A DNA stretch of 63,495 bases, counting the filler, from Gemmatimonadota bacterium (GTDB lineage: Bacteria; 4572-55; J002), in assembly GCA_003697105.1 (NCBI GenBank). It is 4 parts of 4 records of this genome, joined end to end, with 100 filler letters (N's around TTAATTAATTAA, not from the genome) between each part and the next. Parts side by side here need not be neighbours in the genome. Positions count along the whole stretch, not along the records: positions 24,224 to 53,754 come from RFFQ01000083.1; positions 53,855 to 59,030 come from RFFQ01000092.1; positions 59,131 to 63,495 come from RFFQ01000094.1; 1 more part is not named here. The stretch is one strand, 5' to 3'. The position numbers and the translations under genes were made by a program. This document shows positions 52,175-61,163 of the stretch, piece after piece (the stretch's first letter is position 1; each line of letters starts with the position of its first letter). Below the pieces are notes generated by a model. It worked only from the letters and a program-made list of their open reading frames with translations, had not been told where the DNA came from and did not search any database.

Positions 52175-53575
52175 TTAGGAGATAACCAACTCTTCCGATC
52201 CATTTTCATCCCACGTGGTCGAAAGCGGATTTAGGTGATCTACCGGTTGGTCATCGTGGGTCATGGCATCCAGTTCATCTTCAAAGAAGAATTTGTCTGT
52301 GAATGCTGGTTTCAATTCATCCAGCCAAATTGCCTCATCATCATACTTCGCAAAAAAAGGACGGTGGACCCAACCTGGATTGCGACCTTGAATAAACCGT
52401 AAGACGATGACCTTCTTTTTGTTGATTTGATTAACACCGACAATCTGCACCTTGCCCGGATGTGCCGACATGCTGGGTCCCCGCACCGTGCGGCAGATGC
52501 CGCTCACCTGCTGGTATGCCTCCCGAAAAATGTGCCAGGCGCGCACCAACGGTACGCCAAAAAAGTGTTGTGCTCCGGTATCGCGCACAACAAACATGTA
52601 ATATGGGATCATGCCCAATTGCACTTGTCTCTGCCACATCTCTGCCCAAAGGTTGGCATTATCATTGATATTTGCTAGCAAAGGGGATTGGGTGCGAATT
52701 TGAGCACCGGTGGCACGAATCCGTTCTGTTGCCAGTTTGACGGCTTCCGTCTGGAGTTCGTTGGGATGGTTGAAATGTGCCATCACGGCTAAATGTTTTC
52801 CGGCATCTCGCACCCGCTCAAATAGGGCTAATAGATCATCTGCATCCGTATCGGTCAAAAATTTATAGGGCCAATAGCTAAGTGCTTTTGTGCCCAACCG
52901 GATGGTGCGCAGATGCGGCAAATCCGCCTCCAATAGTGCATCAATATATGATGCCAGATTCTTTGCCCGCATGATCAGGGGATCTCCGCCAGTAAAAAGC
53001 ACATCGGTCACTTCGGGGTGAGTACGAACATATTCAACTAACAATTCCGTCTCACGCATGGCAAATTTCAATTCATCCATGCCCACAAATTGTGCCCACC
53101 GGAAACAAAATGTACAATAAGCATGGCAAGTCTGCCCTTGACTGGGAAAAAAGAGTACCGTTTGACGATATTTATGCTGCATCCCAGTCAACTTTTGATT
53201 CCCGATCAGTGGGACGTTATGATCCAATTGACCCGCCGGGTGCGGATTCAATTCCCAACGAATCGACTCTGCAATCGCCTGAATTTCCCGCTTACCGGCA
53301 CCCCGTTTCAGTGCGCTCGCCATTTGATCGAAATGATGGGGCTTCAGCATATCCCGTTGGGGGAATGTTAAAACAAAGATGGGATCATGGGGGATATTAT
53401 CCCAATTGATTAGCTCCTCCACCACATAATTGTTTGTGCGGAAGGGCAAGACCCGGCCAACAACTTCCATCTCAAACTTTTGAGCTTCTGATAGCCGGCT
53501 AAGTTGGGGTATTGTCCGAAAATTATTGAGGGTATATGGCTTGTACCGTTTAACCTCCTTAAGTTGATGATGCAT
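52175..53575 (-). CDS. KamA-family radical SAM / PLP aminomutase (long non-EpmB type)
   Basis: HKYRQTVLFFPSQGQTCHAYCTFCFRW (CxxxCxxC), LFTGGDPL, HFNHPNEL, PYYMF, RGPSMS; SD AGGAGG. Confidence 0.88.
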   Translation of the reverse strand: MHHQLKEVKRYKPYTLNNFRTIPQLSRLSEAQKFEMEVVGRVLPFRTNNYVVEELINWDNIPHDPIFVLTFPQRDMLKPHHFDQMASALKRGAGKREIQAIAESIRWELNPHPAGQLDHNVPLIGNQKLTGMQHKYRQTVLFFPSQGQTCHAYCTFCFRWAQFVGMDELKFAMRETELLVEYVRTHPEVTDVLFTGGDPLIMRAKNLASYIDALLEADLPHLRTIRLGTKALSYWPYKFLTDTDADDLLALFERVRDAGKHLAVMAHFNHPNELQTEAVKLATERIRATGAQIRTQSPLLANINDNANLWAEMWQRQVQLGMIPYYMFVVRDTGAQHFFGVPLVRAWHIFREAYQQVSGICRTVRGPSMSAHPGKVQIVGVNQINKKKVIVLRFIQGRNPGWVHRPFFAKYDDEAIWLDELKPAFTDKFFFEDELDAMTHDDQPVDHLNPLSTTWDENGSEELVIS

Positions 53576-53754
53576 TCATACCTCCTAAAGCTAATGTGAA
53601 TAAAAAGATTATGTCAATGTGAAAAGAGTCACCTTCCTTCCTAACCTAAATAGGTGTTGGAAACCTCTCCATGCAAAGAGTACATAAATATACTAAGTAC
53701 ACGTCAAAAGTGTAATAACTCTTTTGAATTCAATGGGTTTCAGATGTATATAGG

Positions 53755-53854
53755 NNNNNNNNNNNNNNNNNNNNNNNNNNNNNNNNNNNNNNNNNNNNTT
53801 AATTAATTAANNNNNNNNNNNNNNNNNNNNNNNNNNNNNNNNNNNNNNNNNNNN
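53755..53854. other. Artificial contig linker
   Basis: N44-TTAATTAATTAA-N44. Confidence 0.98.
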
Positions 53855-53952
53855 TCGAATTCGAGGATACATTTCGACGCTCAAAAAACGAAAGCAAAAT
53901 ATTCTCGAAACATTGACACTTACCTTTACAGCTGAGCAGGCTGTGTAGTTAC
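53855..53952 (+). mobile_element. Right end of an IS66-family element: transposase C-terminus and terminal IR
   Basis: 53856-53948 reads RIRGYISTLKKRKQNILETLTLTFTAEQAV*; ends GCTGTGTAGTTAC (reverse complement GTAACTACACAGC, IS66-type GTAA terminus); followed by AT-rich AAAATATT. Confidence 0.75.
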
Positions 53953-54267
53953 AAAATATTTTCAGTTTGACCCTTTCCATCGTATGAGTTGCAGAGATAG
54001 TGCCAAATATCAGCCGCCTGCCGGGTAGTCCACGGCATAATTCTTGTTTCTGAATAGCATGCTGTTGTTTTCCTAAAATCTTTGTGCCTTCGTGGTTTTA
54101 AATCCCCGGCGTAAGGCTGTTCACCACCAAGAGGCGAAAGGCAAAAATGGCGGAATTTGATGATGATGTTTGGCTGGATGTTTAATTTTTCAGGGATTTC
54201 GCCGCTTGTATCATCGCCACAGAAAGACGCTTGTTTTTGTTGTATTATATATGCGATATATCCTTAC

Positions 54268-54296
54268 TTGACAGGTATTACTGTTTTGTCTATAAA
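54268..54296 (+). promoter_or_regulatory. Sigma70-type promoter for the cyclase gene
   Basis: TTGACA-17 nt-TATAAA. Confidence 0.6.
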
Positions 54297-54357
54297 TGAG
54301 TACGTTGTTTTTTATCTTTCTTCACGCGCATGGGTTTGACCCTGCTCAAGGAATTTG

Positions 54358-57300
54358 ATGGCTATGCTCAATTTGTTACCTCATTTTATTGTTGATCGGT
54401 TCAAGTGTAATCAGAATCAGGGTCAATTTCAGGCGGTGGGAATGTTTGTGGATATTTCGGGTTTCACCTCCATGACCGAAATTTTAATGCAAGGTGGGGA
54501 GGAAGGGGCAGAAATTCTCTCCAATATTCTCAATTTGGTATTTGAACCTACCGTGAACGCGGTGTACCGGGGTGGTGGTTTTATCTCCAAATATGCCGGT
54601 GATGCGTTTACTGCCTTCTTTCCGGTTACCCCAGACCAAACCCCAACTTCATTGACTCTCTCCACACTCCTCTGCGCAGAAAAAGTTCAACATATTTTTC
54701 AGACTTTTGGATTTCAAGAGACGAAGTTCGGTAATTTTAAACTTGAGGTAAAAATCGGTCTTTCGTTCGGCGATTGTGATTGGGCAATTGTCGGTGATGA
54801 AAGTAAAGCATTTTTCTTTCGGGGGGAGTTGATTCATGGGATTACCGCTTCTGAAGATCGGGCAACAGAGGGGATGGTTGTTTTTGATGAAAAGATGATC
54901 TCCTATATCGATAAAGAGATTGTTTCTTTTGAGCCGTTATCATCTGGTTTTTATGTGTTTCGATCTCTGAACCGGAAATTGCTGAAACATTACCAACTTC
55001 CTAAAGTTCTACCACGTTCCCGATTGAGTAAGTCGGTTGCGCGTCAATTTTTGCCTCTTTCTGTCATTGATTATAACAAGGCGGGTGAGTTCCGAAATGT
55101 AGCATCCGTATTTATCTCATTTGAAGGGCTTTCGACACTAGAAGAACTCCATTTGTGGGTATCAGCGGTGTTGGAGGGTGTCAATAAATTCTCCGGTTAT
55201 TTCCCGGATTTGGAATATTCGGACAAAGGCTGGGTGATCTTGTGTACGTTTGGGGCGCCGATTGCCCATGAGAATAATATCAGCCGCGCCTTAGAGTTTA
55301 TCCTCGATCTACAGGAAAGAGTCCGGGCGATCAAAACGTTGGAACCGCTACGATTTCGGGTGGGAATCACTTATGGCAAGGTTTATGCTGGAATCATCGG
55401 TGGTAAAAAGCGCTGTGAGTATGCGACCATTGGTGATGTCGTCAATTTGGCGGCGCGGTTTATGATGAAAGCCGATTTTGGCCAGATTTGGGTCTCTGAG
55501 CGGGTTTCTGATGCGGTAAAGCACTATTTTGAGATCGAATACCTAGATCGCTACCGCTTTAAGGGGAAATCGGAGCCTATCCCTGTTTACCGGTTAAAAG
55601 GGAAGCGGAGTTCTGTTCAGGTAACATTTGCCGGTCGGTTTGTTGGGCAACGCTCTCAATTGCAGAAGGCAAAAAAAGTACTGCGAGCGCTATCGGAGCA
55701 TCAGTTTGGCGGTGCTTTATACATCTATGGGGAAGCCGGGATGGGCAAATCTCGGTTTATTCACGAGCTACGCGAGCAGTTTCAAGATTATCAGTGGGCG
55801 TATTTGCGATGTGATAACATGCTCCAGAAGTCGTTTAACCCCTTTACGAGCTATTTAGCCGAACTGTTTGATCTGAACCAACAAAGCCGCCGTCAAAATC
55901 AAGCTCGTTTTAAGACCATCTACCGGGATTTGATCCAATCGGCGAGTGACCATCCTGAAATTGTCACCGAATTGCACCGGTTAGAGTCCCTGATTGAAGG
56001 CTTTTTAGGTATTCATGACCCTAAGGCGGATTCCCTATACAATCAACTGGATACGAAACTCCGGTACGTGAACACACTTTATGCACTCAAAGAGATTTTT
56101 AAGGCGTTGAGCCTGAAAGCACCATTAGCTCTTGTAGTAGAAGACATCAAGTGGATTGACCCGGATTCGGTGCGAGTCCTCCAAACACTGTGTCGTAACA
56201 TTGATGATTTTCCGATATTGTTAATTTTAACCAGCCGTTATAACGATGACCAATCGAAACCCTCACTGAACCTAGATTGTCAAGAAGATCAGATTGAATT
56301 AACACCCCTTTCCGGCGAAGAGATTGAAACGTACGCGAAATCCCTCTTAAATGGGGATATTTCATCGAAACTGGCGCAAAATCTAAAGCAAAATACACAG
56401 GGAAATCCGTTGTTTATCGAACAAAATATTCTTTATTTTCGAGAGTCAAAGGCCATTATTCCGCATACGGTGACCGATGAGACGGGACGCGATTATACGA
56501 TGTGGGACCTGGTTAAAGATGAGGTTTCCGTGCCGTCTTCGATTAGCGATTTGCTGATTGCCCGAATCGACCGTTTATCGAGTGAATTAAAGGAGATGAC
56601 ACAAGCGGCTTCTGTTGTCGGGCGTGAGTTTGATTATGTTTTGTTACTTTCCGTATTGCAACGAATTAACAAAGAGCTTGAGATGACACGCTTTAAAACC
56701 TATTTGAATATAGGTCAGCAAGAGAATATTTGGCGGACGGTAGGTCATGTGAAGTATGCCTTTACCCATTCTATGATGCAGAGCGCGGTGTATCAAATGC
56801 AGTTGAAACAGCAAGTGCGGGAGTTACACCGGATGGTAGCGGAAGCCATTGAACTGTTTTATCTCAATGATAAACAAGCGTATGCTGATTTGGCGTTTCA
56901 TTATGACCGGGCAGAAAACCGCGAAAAAGCTATGGAGTATCTCTTCAAAGCGGCAGAAACGGCTAAACATAACTATGAAAATGAGAAAGCATTGGAGTTT
57001 TATTCGCGTTTGATCGAATACCATGAGGCAGAATATGACGGAGCAACGGATAATATCCCAGGGGTGACGGACTCTGAGGATGCTCATCAGGATTCAGACC
57101 GATCTTACATCAATTTATTGACTGAGAAAGGTAAACTGTTTCAAAAGATGGGGCGCTGGGAGGAAGCGGACCAGATTCTAAAACGGGCATGTGATCTGGC
57201 AGTTAAAAGTGGAAATCAACGTCGAATGGGTAAAACCTATCTCAATTACGGGATGATCAAGTTGCATAAAGGTGATTACGATAATGCCCAAAAGTACTTG

Positions 57301-58314
57301 AAACTGGCGCAGGAGAGTTCTCAAAAAGCAAATGATGATTATAATCTGGTTACCATTATCGGCAATATTGGTGTACTCCATGCCTATCAAGGGAAAATGG
57401 AAGAAGCTATCCAGTATTTTAACCAACAATTAGAGCTTGCCGAGAAAACCCATAAAAAGGAAGGCATTTCGTTTGCCGTCGGTAATCTGGGCATCATTTA
57501 TGACCAATTGGGACAATTTGAACAGGCGATGTCCTTTTATCAGCGAAAGTTAGACCTTGCTCAGGAAATGAACGATAAAACTCAGATTGTTAATGTTACT
57601 ATGAATATCGGTGCGGCGTACCTCACCCAAGGACAGTACGGCTCCGCAATGGAATATTTGGAACGATCCCTTGAATTAGCTCAAACGATCGGTGACAAAC
57701 AGGGTATTGTGGAAGCGTTACTGAATATTGGTCTGATTGAGTACGAATTGGGCAAGTTCAGTTTAGCTATGAAACGACTCGGGGATTGTCTTCGGTTAAC
57801 GGATGAACTCGGTGCACGTTTGCACAAAGCGTTTGCGTTGACAACATTAGGGCGAACGTACAAAGATACGCGTTCGTATCCGCAAGCAGAATTACATCTA
57901 AATCAAGCCATTGATTTATGGAAGAATTTGGGCGCACGCTATTATATGGCACAAGCACTGGTTGAAAAAGCCGAGTTGCTCTTTATTCAAAATCAGTATG
58001 ACGAAGCTACGACCTTAGTTCAAGATGGATTGGAACATGCCCAACAAACTGGTTATGCGGAATATGTATTTAAGGCAAACCTACTTTACCATCGCATTCG
58101 TTATCAATTGGGGGATGTTACCGGGGCAATTTCAGCCCTGCAAGCGATGTTACACGGTAATCTCTCAGAACAAGATCGTGCCGACCTTGCATTTGTCCTT
58201 TGGGAAATGACCGGCGAAGAGGATTTTCGTGAAACTGCTACCGATATTTATCGGAAATTGTATGACGTTACTCCAAAGTCGTATTACAAAAAGCGCCTAA
58301 AACAATTAACTTGA
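54358..58314 (+). CDS. Class III nucleotide cyclase (tandem domains) - STAND P-loop NTPase - TPR protein (soluble adenylyl cyclase-like)
   Basis: FVDISGFT, KYAGDA, DKG...FGAP, GDVVNLAAR; Walker A GEAGMGKS; Walker B LVVEDIKWID; GNPLF; long TPR array. Confidence 0.9.
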   Translation: MAMLNLLPHFIVDRFKCNQNQGQFQAVGMFVDISGFTSMTEILMQGGEEGAEILSNILNLVFEPTVNAVYRGGGFISKYAGDAFTAFFPVTPDQTPTSLTLSTLLCAEKVQHIFQTFGFQETKFGNFKLEVKIGLSFGDCDWAIVGDESKAFFFRGELIHGITASEDRATEGMVVFDEKMISYIDKEIVSFEPLSSGFYVFRSLNRKLLKHYQLPKVLPRSRLSKSVARQFLPLSVIDYNKAGEFRNVASVFISFEGLSTLEELHLWVSAVLEGVNKFSGYFPDLEYSDKGWVILCTFGAPIAHENNISRALEFILDLQERVRAIKTLEPLRFRVGITYGKVYAGIIGGKKRCEYATIGDVVNLAARFMMKADFGQIWVSERVSDAVKHYFEIEYLDRYRFKGKSEPIPVYRLKGKRSSVQVTFAGRFVGQRSQLQKAKKVLRALSEHQFGGALYIYGEAGMGKSRFIHELREQFQDYQWAYLRCDNMLQKSFNPFTSYLAELFDLNQQSRRQNQARFKTIYRDLIQSASDHPEIVTELHRLESLIEGFLGIHDPKADSLYNQLDTKLRYVNTLYALKEIFKALSLKAPLALVVEDIKWIDPDSVRVLQTLCRNIDDFPILLILTSRYNDDQSKPSLNLDCQEDQIELTPLSGEEIETYAKSLLNGDISSKLAQNLKQNTQGNPLFIEQNILYFRESKAIIPHTVTDETGRDYTMWDLVKDEVSVPSSISDLLIARIDRLSSELKEMTQAASVVGREFDYVLLLSVLQRINKELEMTRFKTYLNIGQQENIWRTVGHVKYAFTHSMMQSAVYQMQLKQQVRELHRMVAEAIELFYLNDKQAYADLAFHYDRAENREKAMEYLFKAAETAKHNYENEKALEFYSRLIEYHEAEYDGATDNIPGVTDSEDAHQDSDRSYINLLTEKGKLFQKMGRWEEADQILKRACDLAVKSGNQRRMGKTYLNYGMIKLHKGDYDNAQKYLKLAQESSQKANDDYNLVTIIGNIGVLHAYQGKMEEAIQYFNQQLELAEKTHKKEGISFAVGNLGIIYDQLGQFEQAMSFYQRKLDLAQEMNDKTQIVNVTMNIGAAYLTQGQYGSAMEYLERSLELAQTIGDKQGIVEALLNIGLIEYELGKFSLAMKRLGDCLRLTDELGARLHKAFALTTLGRTYKDTRSYPQAELHLNQAIDLWKNLGARYYMAQALVEKAELLFIQNQYDEATTLVQDGLEHAQQTGYAEYVFKANLLYHRIRYQLGDVTGAISALQAMLHGNLSEQDRADLAFVLWEMTGEEDFRETATDIYRKLYDVTPKSYYKKRLKQLT

Positions 58315-58345
58315 TTTGTTCCATTTTAGTCTAAGGAGAGGTACT

Positions 58346-59030
58346 ATGCACCGTACATATTTATTTCTCGGTGTTGTGTGTGGTTTTCTGATATATGTTG
58401 GTTCGGTTTTCGCCCAAGATACCGACTTTCGCTTAATGGCGCCCGCGGGGGCGGGTCGCGCTGAAGGGGATAGTGTGTTGCTGCAGGTAAATCTGGACGG
58501 AGTGACGATTCCATTAGGGCTATCTCCGAATCGAGCTTTTCGCAGTTTCCAAATTGGTTCCAGCGATGCCGTAGGTCGTGTGGGCGGTTTACCATATTTT
58601 TCTGTAGGGGAAGCCGGAGAAACTCGGATCAATTTATTTAATGATGGCAGCCGTGCGTTCCGTAGTTTTCAAATTGGTTCTAGCGACGCAGTGGGCCGTA
58701 CAGACCCGGATACATTGTTGATGGTGAGTGATGAGGGGGTTACGATCCCATTGGGCCCGCAACTGTCGGGTCGGGCGTTTCGTAGTTTTCAAATCGGTTC
58801 AAGTGATGCGGTCGGTCGTGCCGGTACTGTGCCGTATCTACGAGTAGGAGAAGAAGGTACCCAGATTAATTTACTCTCTGACCCGATTCGAGCATTCCGT
58901 AGTTTTCAAATTGGCTCTAGCGACGCGGTGGGTCGTACAGAACCGGATACGTTGTTTATGGTTAGCGATGAAGGCGTCACGATTCCGCTTGGTCCGCAAC
59001 TGTCAGGTCGGGCATTTCGCAGTTTTCAAA
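58346..59030 (+). CDS. Secreted repeat protein with invariant RAFRSFQIGSSDAVGR motif; 3'-truncated by the gap
   Basis: SD AAGGAG, signal peptide (VFA-Q), motif copies at 58532, 58652, 58772, 58889 and 59009 (last partial). Confidence 0.85.
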
Positions 59031-59130
59031 NNNNNNNNNNNNNNNNNNNNNNNNNNNNNNNNNNNNNNNNNNNNTTAATTAATTAANNNNNNNNNNNNNN
59101 NNNNNNNNNNNNNNNNNNNNNNNNNNNNNN
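59031..59130. other. Artificial contig linker
   Basis: N44-TTAATTAATTAA-N44. Confidence 0.98.
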
Positions 59131-59382
59131 GTTCAGAAGATGCCGGTGCGGGGCTAGAATCAAACCCCGGCACACCCGGAATTTCCGGTATCTCAATCCC
59201 TTCCGGCGCTGCCGGTTCAGAAGATGCCGGTGCGGGGCTAGAATCAAACCCCGGCACACCCGGAATTTCCGGTATCTCAATCCCCTCTGGCGCTGCCGGT
59301 TCAGAAGATGTCGGTGCGGGGCTAGAATCAAACCCCGGCACACCCGGAATTTCCGGTATCTCAATCCCCTCTGGCGCCGCCG
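59131..59382 (-). repeat. Three near-identical 84-bp coding tandem repeats (PAAPEGIEIPEIPGVPGFDSSPAPASSE)
   Basis: Units begin at 59131, 59215 and 59299; the array runs into the gap. Confidence 0.92.
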
Positions 59383-59791
59383 GTTTGGAAGGAGAAACAC
59401 TTGTTGTTATGTCAATTCCGGGAACCTGAATTGTGTCATCGTCATCGGGTTGGGGTGCGGATTCTGGGGTGGGGGGAGTGGCTAAGGGAACCTCAATCGG
59501 GGGAACATCCCGCGGGAGAGGTTCGGGAGAGGGAGTTTCCGCAGAAGATGGTTTTTTAGTTCCAGATTCCGTGTTGTTCCGTACAATTTTCACCGTTTTC
59601 CCGAACGCCCGGTGCATGACCCGTGCTTTTTCCTCGGAAATACTTTTGAAGATAATAACCGGCGCTTTTTTGACGATCCCCAGCACTTTTTCTGGAGGCT
59701 TTTTGGTGATTTTAGAAAGTTTTAGCGCCACCGCTTTTTGTGTTTGCGGGTCTTCAATTTTATTCAGAATCACTTTATATGTTTGTGGCAT
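59131..59791 (-). CDS. Protein with N-terminal L7/L12-CTD-like domain and Pro-rich repeats; 3'-truncated
   Basis: YKVILNKI...KAVALKLSKIT...IVKKAPVIIFKSISEEKA; SD GGAG; upstream TTGACA-17-TATGCT at 59839-59867. Confidence 0.7.
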
Positions 59792-59975
59792 TTGCCTTCT
59801 CCACGAAAACCGGCATCATTTTAGTAATGACGCCGTTAAGCATAGCAGATTTCATCTGGGTTGTCAACGATAAATAAAGTCAGAACCTTGCGGCCGGGAT
59901 ACACGCTTCCAAAGTCAATATCAAAGTTCACAGGGACATTATCTGGCTAGTAATGATTCTGCACGAATCATGATG

Positions 59976-60005
59976 AAAACCCCGATCCACAGTGGATCGG
60001 GGTTT
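59976..60005 (-). terminator. Terminator after accB
   Basis: AAACCCCGATCCA-3 nt-TGGATCGGGGTTT. Confidence 0.75.
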
Positions 60006-60037
60006 GTAGAGGACGTATTTCCAGTAGGTCGAGTGTA

Positions 60038-60535
60038 TTAAACGGGTTCCAGCACAAATAACACATCGCCAAACTGGACGGGTTTGGCATTTTCCACGCA
60101 AATATCGACGATGCGCCCGCGCACCTCAGATTCGATCTCATTCATCAATTTCATGGCTTCGATAATACAAACAACGGTTCCAACTTCAATCACCTGCCCA
60201 ATTTCCACGTAGGGTGAGGCATCCGGGGCAGGCGCACGGTAGAACGTACCCACCATCGGCGCCGTAATTTCGAGCCGCTGGCTATCTTTTTCGACCGGTT
60301 TGGTTAAGCCGGTGGAATCCGAGGGTTGTTCTTGTGCCGCCGGTGGGGGCACTGGTGGCGCCATCATACCGGGTTGAAACATAGAGACTGTCGGGGGGGG
60401 CGGAACAGCGGATGCTGGCGTTTCTGCCCGTTTTTTGGAAATCTTAATTTTGGTTGTCCAATGGGAGATTTCGACTTCCTCAATACTGGTATCTTCAATC
60501 AATTTAATTAAACGTTCGATTTCACGAAATTGCAT
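60038..60535 (-). CDS. accB: Biotin carboxyl carrier protein
   Basis: ITAPMVGTFYRAP, IIEAMKLMNEIE biotin-Lys motif. Confidence 0.96.
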   Translation of the reverse strand: MQFREIERLIKLIEDTSIEEVEISHWTTKIKISKKRAETPASAVPPPPTVSMFQPGMMAPPVPPPAAQEQPSDSTGLTKPVEKDSQRLEITAPMVGTFYRAPAPDASPYVEIGQVIEVGTVVCIIEAMKLMNEIESEVRGRIVDICVENAKPVQFGDVLFVLEPV

Positions 60536-60553
60536 AATGTCAACCTTTCTCGG

Positions 60554-61120
60554 CTACGCCGCTGAGACGCGTTCCATGTATTCTCCGGTACGGGTATCCA
60601 CTCGAATCACATCCCCGGCGTTGAGAAACAGGGGTACTTGAATAGTTGCGCCTGTTTCCACAATGGCTGGTTTTGTCCCGCCGGTTGCGGTATCGCCGCG
60701 AACGCCGGGCTCCGTTTTGGTGATCTCTAATTCGACAAATGTCGGCACTTCAACTGCCAAAATTTCACCATCGGATTCGAGGATGGAGAGTTCCATATTT
60801 TCTTTTAGGTACGGCAGACAGGCTTTCAGGTAGTCTTCCGTCATGGGGGTTTGTTCGTATGTTTCCTCGTCCATCACAATGTAATGATGCCCATCATTGT
60901 AAAGATACGTTTTTTTGCGACGTTCGACCCGAACTTCTTCGACCTTTTCGCCAGCGCGAAAGGTGTTATCCAAAACACGTCCGGTCTTCAGATTTTTTAA
61001 TTTGGTGCGGACAAACGCGCCGCCTTTTCCCGGCTTTACGTGTTGAAACTCGACAATTGACCAAATCTCGCCATTCCAACGCATGGAAAAGCCGTTCCGA
61101 AAGTCAGATGTTGATGCCAT
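60554..61120 (-). CDS. efp: Elongation factor P
   Basis: HVKPGKGGAFVRTKLKN, YLYND, PGVRGDT, VPLF, DTRTGEY. Confidence 0.97.
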   Translation of the reverse strand: MASTSDFRNGFSMRWNGEIWSIVEFQHVKPGKGGAFVRTKLKNLKTGRVLDNTFRAGEKVEEVRVERRKKTYLYNDGHHYIVMDEETYEQTPMTEDYLKACLPYLKENMELSILESDGEILAVEVPTFVELEITKTEPGVRGDTATGGTKPAIVETGATIQVPLFLNAGDVIRVDTRTGEYMERVSAA

Positions 61121-61163
61121 TTTGGGTTGTTATCCTCCTGATATAATTAGATGGATCGATTGA

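Noticed and set aside
54080-54147. REP-like CTTTGTGCCTTCGTGGT with a downstream partial complement
   Set aside because: Pairing is poor and there is a single copy in the window.
58532-59030. Regularly spaced 48-nt repeats resembling a CRISPR array
   Set aside because: Copies differ at synonymous positions, spacers are about 70 nt, in frame and similar to each other, and all lie in one ORF with a signal peptide. This is a protein repeat.
24124-59130. TTAATTAATTAA motif occurring three times, and ORFs ending in X..LIN
   Set aside because: Synthetic contig-joining linker, not biological.
59131-59382. 84-bp repeats as a CRISPR array or ncRNA
   Set aside because: Head-to-tail with no unique spacers and a length divisible by 3 within an ORF.
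52175-61120. KamA-like gene near efp as an epmB-efp cluster; cmr6 linked to the cyclase
   Set aside because: They are separated by artificial linkers, so the proximity is not evidence.
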